Positions 42,601 through 53,390 of a stretch of 64,000 nt of DNA are shown here, one piece after another. The stretch's first letter is position 1. Each line of letters begins with the position of its first letter. The notes beneath the pieces were generated by a model. The model saw only the letters and a program-made list of their open reading frames with translations, had not been told where the DNA came from and made no database searches. Location of the stretch: the NCBI GenBank assembly GCA_028826165.1, contig JAPDFW010000125.1, forward strand, positions 868,001 to 932,000, read 5' to 3'. The translations under genes were made by a program, and so were the position numbers. This stretch comes from Anaeramoeba ignava BMAN. Taxonomy: Eukaryota; Protista; Anaeramoebae.

Positions 42601-44064
42601 TAATATTAATATTTAATATTAATATTCAATTTTATTCAATAATATATTTAATATTCAATATTCAATATTCCATTTTATTCCAATTCAATTCAATATTTAA
42701 TATTCAATTCAATTCAATATTTAATATTTAATATTCAATTCAATTCAATATTTAATTCAATTCAATTCAATATTCAATATTTAATATTCAATTCAATATT
42801 CAATTTTAATAAATTCAATATTCAATTTAATTCAATATTTAATTCAATTCAATTTAATATTCAATTCAATTCAATATTCAATTCAATATTTAATATTCAA
42901 TTCAATTCAATATTCAATTTCAATATTCAATATTCAATTCAATATTCAATTTATTCAATTCATTATTCATATTCAATTTAATTCAATTTAATTATTTAAT
43001 TCAATTTAATATTTAATATTTAAATTTAATTATATTTAAATTTAATTCAATTCAATATTTAATATTCAATTCAATTCAATATTTAATATTCAATATTCAA
43101 TTCAATATTCAATTCAATATTTAATATTTAATATTTAATTCAATTCAATTTAATATTCAATTCAATATTCAATTCAATTCAATATTTAATTCAATTCAAT
43201 TTAATATTCAATTTAATTCAATATTCAATTCAATTCAATTTAATTCAATAAATTAGCAAGTCTTTATTTTGAAAATGATTATGATAATGATGATAATGAT
43301 AATGATGATGAAAATTCAGATAAAAATCATGAAAGTTCATCAGATAAAGATCACAAATTTGTTGATAATCCATATTCAACAAGTTCAGATGAAGACAATT
43401 TTGAAAATGATACAAATCAACCCAAAAAAAATGAAGAAATTGAAAATAAAACTGAAGATAATAATGAAACAAAAAAGGAAGATCAAGATGATGATTTGAT
43501 TAAAATTCCAAAAGAAGTTTTTCCAGAAAGGAAAAAAAGACCTGAAACTAAAAAACCAGGTTTTTTTCTTTATAATTTTCAAAAACAAAATCAAAAAAAA
43601 TATTCAAAAACAAAAACAAAAACAAAAACAAAAACAGAAAAAGTTCAATATCAATATCAATATGAAGATGAAGATGAAGGAGGTATTAAATTAGGTCTTG
43701 GTGATTTTATTTTTTATAGTGTTTTAATTGCAAAAGCTTCTTTAAATGATTATTCAACTGTATTTACTTGTTTTATTGCAATTTTAACTGTAAATTTTAA
43801 ATTTTAAAAAAATCAAAAAATTTATTTGCTTTTTTTTATTTAAATTTTAAAAAAACAAAAAATTTATTTGCTTTTTATTATTTAAATTTTAAAAAAATCA
43901 AAAAATAGGGTTTATCTTTAACTTTATTCTTTTTAATTGTTTACCAAAAAGCTCTTCCTGCTTTACCAATTTCTATTTCTTTTGGAATTATTTTCTATTT
44001 TCTTACAAAATTGGTTTTGGATCCTTTTATTGAACAACTTGGAAATTCAAGTGTTTTTGCTTAG
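39625..44064 (+). CDS. PSEN: Presenilin (gamma-secretase catalytic subunit), 5 exons
   Basis: [22 protein letters not shown]|DIFAVL..RGPLKVL (first catalytic Asp), [15 protein letters not shown] (GxGD), [10 protein letters not shown] (PAL motif). Confidence 0.95.
40240..41570. repeat. Intronic minisatellite (aaatttcattccaaaatattatttaatc/t)n
   Basis: Presenilin intron 1. Confidence 0.9.
42010..43250. repeat. Intronic (ATTCA/ATATTCA)n satellite
   Basis: Presenilin intron 3. Confidence 0.9.
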
Positions 44065-44234
44065 TTTTTAATGGTTTAATTTCAAAAAAAATTTTTTCAA
44101 TCCAAAAACAAAACTTACAAAAAACATTTTTTCCATTTTTTCTTTCATTTTTTTTCTTTCATTTTTTTTCTTTCATTTTTTTTCTTTTCGAATAAATTTT
44201 GTTTTTCATTTTTTCATTTTTTCATTTTTTCAAA

Positions 44235-45633
44235 ATGAAATCTTTAGTTCAATCTTATAAATCTGATTCTGAATCTGAAACAGATTCTAATTCAAATAAT
44301 TTAAATGAAGATAATTTAAACGAAGATAATTTAAACAGAGATAATTTAAACGGAAATAATTTAAACAGAAATAATTTAAACAGAAATAATTTAAATGGAA
44401 ATAATTTAAATGAAAATAATTTAAATGAAGATAATTTAAACGGAAATAATTTAAATGAAAATAATTTAAACGGAAATAATTTAAACGAAAATAATTTAAA
44501 TGAAAATAATTTAAATGAAGATAATTTAAACGGAAATAATTTAAACAGAAATAATTTAAATGAAAATAATTTAAATGGAAATAATCAAGAAAAAATGAAC
44601 AAACAATTAATTTTTGATAATCTTTTATCAACATTTCATCAGCACATTCAATCTTATACTAATAATCAAGATTTAAATAAGCAAAATGGAAATTATAATT
44701 TTCTTCAAACAAAAAGAGTTTCTCCATTAAAAGATATTGATTTAGTTTCAAATAAAATCAAGAATTTTATCTCTAGACCTCAAGATTATAATGAAACATT
44801 GAGAAATCATAAATCATTTCGTAATCCTTCTGTTTCTGAAAAACTTGTGAAAAATTTAACAATTAATGAAAATGGAACTTTGTTTTCTTCAAATGTTCTA
44901 GATATTGATAAATTTACTAATATAAGTTACAAACAACTTAGTAAAAATTAAAATTAAAATTAAAATTAAAATTCTAAATCAAAATTAAAATTAAAATTAA
45001 AATTAAAATTAAAATTAAAATCAAAATTAAAATTAAAATTAAAATTAAAATTAAAAATTAAAATTAAAATTAAAATTAAAATTAAAATTAAAATTAAAAT
45101 TAAAATTTAAAATTAAAATTAAAATTTAAAATTAAAATTAAAATTAAAATTAAAATTAAAATTAAAAATTAAAATTAAATTTAAAATTAAAATTAAAATT
45201 AAAATTTAAAATTAAAATTAAAATTAAAATTAAAATTAAAATTAAATTTAAAATTAAAATTAAAATTTAAAATTAAAATTAAAATTAAAATTAAAATTAA
45301 AATTAAAATTAAAATTAAAATTAAAATTAAAATCAAAATTCAAATTAAAATCAAAATTAAAATTAATATCATTTTCGATTTATTTTTTTAGCACAAAAAC
45401 AAAAAGAATTTGTTAAAGAAAAAGAACGACAAAAATTATTAAAAAGGCAAAATCCAGATTTTTCAAAACCAATAATTGAATTTTGTAGTCCAAGAAACCA
45501 ACAAAACCAACAAAATCAACAAAATCAACAAAAATCACAAAAATTAGATGCTTTATCAATATATAAACAAGCTAAAAATCGAAATAAAAGACAAAGAAAT
45601 AAAAAGAAAAAATTTTATAAAAATAATAAATAA
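44235..45633 (+). CDS. HCNGP/SAP30BP-like protein with NNLNx repeat, 2 exons
   Basis: N-terminal SLVQSY-acidic motif and YNETLRNHKSFRNPSVSEKLV...INENGT. Intron 44941-45391. Confidence 0.75.
44295..44585 (+). repeat. Coding 15-nt tandem repeat (AATAATTTAAAY-GAA/GGA/AGA) encoding (N/D)NLN(E/G/R)
   Basis: Directly visible in the sequence and in the translation. Confidence 0.9.
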
Positions 45634-45943
45634 AATTCTTTAATTAAATAAAGATTTAGAATTTCTTTTAAATTTTTGATCAAATTTTGATTAAATTTTT
45701 AATTAAATTTCTTTTAAATTTTGACCAAATTTCTTTTAATTTGATCAAATTTAATTTGATTTAATTTAGATCGCAGTTTATTTTCAGAATTCCTTTTTAA
45801 AATTGATGATTTGGAAAAAAATTTTGTTAAAAATTAAAAATCATTTTTTTTCTTTTTTAATTTTATTTTTTCTCATTTATTTTCTCATTTATTTTCTCAG
45901 TTATTTTAGTGAAAGTTTTTTTTTTATTGAATTGAGAATTCAA

Positions 45944-48900
45944 ATGACAAATTTAGAAAATCAAAATAATTTTGGAAATGTTGAAAATTTTGGAAATGTT
46001 GAAAATTTTGGAAATGTTGAAAATTTTGGAAATGTTGAAAATTTTGGAAATGCTAATGATTTTGGAAATGCTAATAATTTTGGAAATGCTAATGATTTTG
46101 GAAATGCTAATAATTTTGGATTTGGTGATACTCAATATGTTTCTGATATGCCAACTGGTAATTTGGGTGTTGATGGTGCTAATGGTGTTGATGGTGTAGA
46201 TGGAATAGAAATGGGTGCTTTATCTCCTCAACCTCCTCCTCATTCAAATACTAAACCTATTAAAAATGATGGAACTGGACAAAGTTATACTAATTCTGGA
46301 GGTTAGTCCTGCAAATTCAAATTCAAATTCTAATTATAATTCTAATTTTAATTTTAATTCTAATTCTAATTCATAATTCTAATTTTAATTCTAATTCTAA
46401 TTTTAATTCTAATTCAAATTCTAATTTTAATTCTAATTTTAATTCTAATTCTAATTCAAATTCTAATCCAAATTTAAATTCTAATTCTAATTCAAATTCT
46501 GATTTTAATTTTAATTCTAATTCAAATTCTAATCCTAATTCTAATTCTAATTCTAATTCCAATTCTAATTCTAATTCAAATTCTAATTCTAATTCTAATT
46601 TTAATTCTAATTCTAATTTTAATTTTAATTTTAATTTTAATTCTAATTCTAATTCTAATTCTAATTCTAATTCTAATTCTAATTTTAATTTTAATTTTAA
46701 TTTTAATTCTAATTCTAATTAAAATTCTAATTCTAATTTTAATTCAAATTCAAATTCCTAATTTTAATTCTAATTCTAATTCAAATTTAAGCTTATGATG
46801 GTGGTAGTTCAACTTCAGTTTCTAATTTTAATTTTGTAATTTAAGCTTATGAGTAATTTTAATTTTGAATCTTTAATTTTAATTTTTAATTTTGAATCTT
46901 TAATTTTAATTTTTAATTTTTAATCTTATTCCACTTTTTTTTTTACTTTTATTGATAAATTAGTGATGGATGGTATTGATAAATAATTTAAAAAAAATAT
47001 TCAATTTATTTCAAAATTTATTAATTCCTTTTTATTTATTTATATTATTTTCAAAAAATTTTTTGTGATTATTATCAAAATTTAGTTGTGATTGTTGGTA
47101 AGTTTTTATTTTAAATATTTGGAAATTTTCATTTTATTCCACTTTTTTTTTTACTTTTATTGATAAATTAGTGATGGATGGTATTGATAAATAATTTAAA
47201 AAAAATATTCAATTTATTCAAAAATTTATTAATTCCTTTTTATTTATTTATATTATTTTCAAAAAATTTTTTGTGATTATTATCAAAATTTAGTTGTGAT
47301 TGTTGGTAAGTTTTTATTTTTTATTCCACTTTTTTGGATCATATTAATAAATTAATTTAAAAAAAAATAATCAATTTATTCCAAAAATTTATTAATTCCT
47401 TTTTATTTATTTATATTATTTGGAAAATTTTTTGTAATTGATTGTGATTATTATCAAAATTTAGTGGAGATTGTTGGTAAGTCGTTATTTTTGAAATAAT
47501 TTTATTTTATTCCACTTTTTTAATTCCACTTTTTTTTTTACTTTTATTGATAAATTAGTGACAGATGGTATTTAGAAATAATTTAAAAAAAAATAATCAA
47601 TTTATTCCAAAAATTTATTAATTCCTTTTTATTTATTTATATTATTTGGAAAATTTTTGTAATTGATTGTGATTATTATCAAAATTTAGTGGAGATTGTT
47701 GGTAAGTCGTTATTTTTGAAATAATTTTATTTTATTCCACTTTTTTAATTCCACTTTTTTTAATTTTATTTAGTGAAGACTTTTGGTAAAATATTTTCAT
47801 TCCAAAAAAAAATAATTTCAATATTAAAAATATTTATTTATTTATTGTTTTATTTTCTGATTATCTCTGAATACAACTTTTTTTTAGGAGTTGCAAGTAA
47901 GTTTTTGCTCTTTTTTTTTAAACAAAACATTTTTTTTTAATTTCTAATTACTTTTTTTTAGTTGCCTGTAAATATTCTCTTTTTAAAAAACAAAAATTGA
48001 AATTCATCTTTTCATTCCAATTTTAAAAATTTTATTTAATTAATTATTTTCATTTTATTTAGTAATTGCGAGTAATTTAATTTTAAAAAATTTGATCCAA
48101 AAATAGAATTTAAATTTTTTAATTTTAATTTTAATTTTAATTTTATTTGTTATTTAGTACTTGCGAGTAATAATTTTATTTTAAAATTCTTCAATTTAAT
48201 TAATAATTTTAATTTTTTTTATTTTCATTTTATTACTTTCTTATCAATTTAGATGTTGTGGAGGGTAAGTATTTTTAAATATTAATTAAAGAAAACTAAA
48301 ACTAAAACTAATTTTGAAATTTATCTTTTATTTATTTAGATTTTGCGAGTAATTTTTTTATTTTAAAATTTTTTTTTGAATTTTCCCTAATTCCACTTTT
48401 TTTTTCTGTTAAAATTTTTCTTTTAATGAATTTAGTTCTTGTGGAAAGTAAGTATTTTTTTAAAAATTGATTAAAGAAAACTAAAACTAAAACTAATTTT
48501 GAAATTTATCTTTATTAATTTAGATGTTGCGAGTAATTTTTCTATTTTAAAATTCTTCAATTTAATTAATAATTTTAATTTTTTTTATTTTCACTTTATT
48601 ACTTCTTATCAATTTAGATGTTGTGGAGGGTAAGTATTTTTAAATATTAATTAAAGAAAACTAAAACTAAAGCTAATTTTGAAATTTATCTTTTATTTAT
48701 TTAGTTGTTTGCAGTAATAATTTCTTTTTTAAATTTTTTTTGAATTTTCCCTAATTCCACTTTTTTTTAAAATATTAATTTAGATGTTTGGAGTAAAAAT
48801 TTTCATTTTAATTAATTTTATTTTAAAGAAAACTAAAAAACCTTTATTCTTTTTATTATTCTTATTATAAAAAAATAAAAATTCCTTTCTTTTATTAATT

Positions 48901-49096
48901 TAGTGCTTGCGGGTAATTTATTAATTAATTAATTAATTTATTCAATTCATTTTTTGATAATTCATTTTTGATAATTTTTTAGAGAGTAAATTAATTTCAT
49001 TTTCAATTTTCATTTTAATTTTCAATTTAATTTTTATTTTTAATTTAATTTTCATTTTAATTTTTAAAATATAGTTGTAATTGTTCAATTTTTTAA
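45944..49096 (+). CDS. Micro-exon gene A: FGN-repeat N-terminus + Cys-rich tail + CaaX (predicted 196 aa)
   Basis: Exon 1 45944-46301; 7-nt exon 46846-46852; 21 AG/GT-bounded micro-exons starting at 46964(9 nt), 47086(12), 47172(9), 47294(12), 47465(12), 47559(9), 47690(12), 47774(12), 47888(9), 47962(6), 48063(9), 48158(9), 48253(12), 48340(9), 48436(12), 48524(9), 48618(12), 48705(9), 48784(9), 48904(9), 48983(3); last exon 49075-49096. Tail: AYDDGCCDCCDGCCDCCGDCCDRCGDCCEDFWSCNCLNCDTCECCGGFCDSCGKCCECCGGCLQCLDACGDCNCSIF*. Confidence 0.8.
45971..46120 (+). repeat. Coding 18-nt tandem repeat x8 (FGNVEN/FGNAND/FGNANN)
   Basis: Directly visible in exon 1 of micro-exon gene A. Confidence 0.9.
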
Positions 49097-49616
49097 GTTT
49101 TATGATCCAAAAATAAAGGAATTTAGGATCGTATTTGGCTTCAATTCTCAAGCAAAATCAAAATCAAAAATAAAATTAAAATCTAATTTTAATTTTAATT
49201 TTAATTTTAATTTTAATTTTAATTTTAATATTTAATTCCTTATTCAATTCTTTCATTTTAAAGAGATCAAAACAAAAAGAGTAAAAGAATAAATGGAGGG
49301 ATTATCTCAATTACAATTTTTCTTCTAAAATAATTATGAAATTTATTTCTTAGATCTCTTCAAAAAAAAAGAAATAAAAAAATAATGATTCTTATTAAAT
49401 TAATCCATTTAACAACTTTTTGCTTTTGTTTCGTTTGATTTCCTATTAAAAAAAAATGAGATCAAAAATATTTGAAAAAATGGCAAATAATTTTTTTTTT
49501 TGGCATTTTGATGAAAGGATTTTGATGAAAGAATTTTATTTGAGTTCATTTTTTTTTTTCTAAATTATTTTTGATTTATTTAGTGAAACAATTTATTTTT
49601 TTTTTCAATTAAAATT

Positions 49617-52600
49617 ATGCAAGGAAATAATAATAATATTATTCCACAAACAAACCCTGCAATCAATCAATTTATGCCTCAACCTCAACCTCAAATTATG
49701 CCTCAAGCTCAATTTATGCCCCAAGCTCAACCCCAAATGATGCCTCAAACTTTTTCACCTCAAATTACTACTCCAGTTGATCCAAGTATGACACCTAATC
49801 AAAACCCAAATGTTTTAGCTCAACATAATCAAGCTCATTCAAATCTAGGCAATACTGGAGGAATGGGTGGTGGTGGTACTGGACAATCTTATGTAAATTC
49901 AGGAGGTAATTAAATATTTAATATTCAAATAAATATTCAAACAAATATTTAATATTCAAATAAATATTCAATATTCAAATAAATATTCAATATTCAAATA
50001 AATATTCAATTAAATATTCAATTCAATATTCAAATAAATATTCAAATTAATATTCAAATAAATATTCAAATAAATATTCAAATAAATATTCAAATAAATA
50101 TTCAATTAAATATTCAATTAAATATTCAATTCAATAAATATTCAAATAAATATTCAAATAAATAATCAATTCAAATAAATATTCAAATAAATAATCAATT
50201 CAAATAAATAATTAAAATAAATATTCAAATAAATATTCAATTAAATATTCAAATAAATATTCAATTCAATATTCAATTAAATATTCAAATAAATATTCAA
50301 ATAAATATTAAATATTCAAATAAATATCCAAATCAATTGAATTAAATTGTGATCATTTTTTTTGGTTTTGATTTTTCTTTTAGTTTATGATGGAGGCAAT
50401 GATTGTTGTTGTTGTTATTGTTATTGTTGTGCTTGCAAGTAAGTTATTTTAAATTAAATTTTCAAATATGTTTTTAATTTTGTTTTAATTAATTTTATTT
50501 TTATTTTTTTTAGTGGAGATCCGTAAAGAAAAAAAAAATTTTTTTTTCTCTTCTTTGAAAAATTAAAATTAAAATTAAAATTAAAAATTAAAATAGTGTT
50601 TTTGGATGGTAAAAACAATTTTTTTTTTCCTTCTTTATTGAAAAATTTTTTTTTTGTGAAATTTCTTCAATTTTCTACTTTTTTTTTCTTTTCTTTTATT
50701 TATTAAATATTCCTTTTTAATTTCAAAATAGTAATTGTGGATTGTAAGTTTTTGTTTTTTTTTTAAAGAATAAAAATAATTAATTTACTGATTTATTAAT
50801 TTAAATTTCTTACTTTAAAAATTTAAAATTAAAATAGATGTTCTTGTGGGTTAGTTCTTATTTTTTTTCTAAATCTTTTTTTCTATTTTCTAAAATTTAA
50901 ATAATTTTATTTTAATTATTTAACAAAAAAAAATATTTAAATTTCAGCGATTGTAATTGGTAATTAGTTCATTTGATTTTTTTTTTGATTAAAAAAAAAT
51001 AATTTAAAATGTTCCACTTTTTGTTCCACTTTTTTTTAAAATTATTTGCAAAAAAAAAAAATTAAATTTTAATTTAGTGATGGATGTTGGTAAGTTATAT
51101 ATTTAATTTATTATTTGATATATTTATAAATTTAATCATTTTTATTATTTTCTTCTTTTTTTTTTAAATAGTCATCGATGGTAAATTTCTTTCATTTCCT
51201 TTTTCAAAAAGAAATAATAAATAAAAATCATTTTCAAATTCATTTTTCAAATTAATTTTATTATTTGGAAATTAAGTGGTATTTGGTGGTAAGTTAATAG
51301 AAAAAATACAAATCCAAATCTTTTTCTAATTAATTCCAAATTTGATTTCAAAATTAAATTAATTCAAATTAGTGATCATTGTTTGTAAGTTAATCGAAAA
51401 AAATTAATTCTAAATCTTTTTTCTAATTAATTCCAAATTTAATTTCAAAATTAAATTCATTCAAAATTAATTGAAATTAGTGAAAATTGTTGGTAAGTTA
51501 ATTAAAAAAAAAAACTAATTTCCAAAATGAATAAAATGCAAAAAATTTTTATTCCACTTTTTTATTAAAATCAAAATAAATTAGTTACGGATGGTAAATT
51601 TTAATTTGAATTTTTTATTTCTTATTTATTAAATTGAATTTATTTTAATTTAAATTTCTTTTTGAAATTTATTATTTGAAATTAGTAATGCTTGTGGGTA
51701 AGTTAATTCAAAATCAAAAATAAAATTTTCTAATTAATTTTTTTATTCCACTTTTTTTTTTATTTATTCCACTTTTTAAGTCAATGCTGGTAAGTTATTT
51801 ATTTCTTTTTTTAATAAATATTAAATTTAATTATTTATTTATTTTAATTTTTTGAAATCAATTCAATTAGTCAAGGATGGTAAATTATAATTTTATTTTT
51901 TATTTCTGTTTTATTAAATTAAATTAATTTCTTTTTGAAATTATTTCAAATTAGTGATACTTGTTGGTAAGTTAATTTAAAATTTAATTCAAATTTGAAT
52001 TTAATTATTTATTTATTTTAATTTTTTAAAATCAAATTAATTAGTCAAGGATGGTAAATTATAATTCTATTTTTTATTTCTTATTTATTAAATTAAATTA
52101 ATTTCTTTTTGAAATTATTTCGAATTAGTGATGCTTGTTGGTAAGTTAATTTAAAATTAAATTCAAATTTGAATTTAATTATTTATTTATTTTAATTTTT
52201 TAAAATCAATTCAATTAGTCAAGGATGGTAAATTATAGTTCTATTTTTTATTTCTTTTTTATTAAATTGAATTAATTTTAATTTAAATTTCTTTTTAAAA
52301 TTTATTATTTGAAATTAGTGATGCTTGTGGGTAAGTTAATTTAAAATTAAAAATAAAATTTTCTAATTAATTTTTTTGTTCCACTTTTTTTTTTATTTAT
52401 TCCACTTTTTAAGTCAATGCTGGTAAGCTATTTATTTCTTTTTTTAATAAATATTAAATTTAATTAATTATTTATTTTAATTTTTTAAAATCAATTCAAT
52501 TAGTCAAGGATGGTAAATTATAATTCTATTTTTTATTTCTGTTTTATTAAATTGAATTTATTTTAATTTAAATCTCTTTTTGAAAATCAAAATAAATTAG

Positions 52601-53126
52601 TCAAGGATGGTAAGATAAAATTTTGATTTAATTTAATTTAATTTTGATTTGATTCGTTTTTATTCCTTTTTTAATTCCATTATTTTTTAGTGATTGTGGA
52701 GGATGGTAAGTTTAAATTTTAATTTAATTTTATTTCAAATTAATTTGATTTATTTTTTATTTATTTTTTTAGTAATTGTGGAGGATGGTAAGTTTAAATT
52801 TTAATTCTATTTTATCTCTCATTTCTTTTTTCTTATTTCTTTCTATTTTTTTTAAATTCCATTATTTTAGTGATTGTGGAGGATGGTAAGTTTAAATTTT
52901 AATTGAATTCTCATTTTTAATTAATTTATTTTATTTTTGATTTTATTTTTTTTAGTGATTGTGGAGGGTAATTTTTTTAGATTAATATTTTGATTTGATT
53001 TTATTTTTGGATTGAAAAATCCACAAAAAAAAAAGTGGAACAAAATCAAAAAAAATTTTTTTTAAATCAAATTTTTTTTTTCTTTTTTAAATAATAATTG
53101 ATTAATTTAGATGCACAATTAATTAA
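49617..53126 (+). CDS. Micro-exon gene B: Pro/Gln/Met-rich N-terminus + Cys-rich tail + CaaX (29 exons, predicted 216 aa)
   Basis: Exon 1 49617-49905; exon 2 50384-50438; 26 micro-exons starting at 50514(9 nt), 50597(12), 50732(12), 50838(12), 50948(12), 51078(12), 51172(9), 51277(12), 51373(12), 51481(12), 51585(9), 51686(12), 51781(9), 51871(9), 51955(12), 52045(9), 52129(12), 52219(9), 52319(12), 52414(9), 52504(9), 52601(9), 52691(15), 52773(15), 52871(15), 52956(12); last exon 53111-53126. Tail: VYDGGNDCCCCYCYCCACNGDPVFGCNCGLCSCGDCNCDGCCHRCGIWCDHCFENCCYGCNACGQCCQGCDTCCQGCDACCQGCDACGQCCQGCQGCDCGGCNCGGCDCGGCDCGGCTIN*. Confidence 0.88.
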
Positions 53127-53390
53127 GTTTGATTTATTTCCAAACAAATTTTTAGCAAAGAAATGGATACTTTTAAACCAAAAAACAAGAATAAGAACGA
53201 AATGAATTTTTCTTTTTTTTTTTTTTTTAATTTTATTTTTCTCCTTTTAATTAAAAAATTTTTTTTAATTATTTTTCTCCTTTTATTTTTATTTTTTTTT
53301 TAAATTAAAAAAAAAATTTTTTTTCTTTTTTTCTTTCTTTTTTTTTTTTTCATTTTTTTACACTTTCATTTTTAGATTCATAAACTTAAC

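Noticed and set aside
46900-53000. CRISPR-like or repeat-spacer reading of the regularly spaced G-rich islands
   Set aside because: No constant repeat; the islands are bounded by AG/GT, are all multiples of 3 and splice into an open frame; the context is eukaryotic.
50597-53126. TG|A junctions as selenocysteine codons
   Set aside because: They arise only on hypothetical skipping, and no SECIS-like hairpin is visible in the short AT-rich 3' region.
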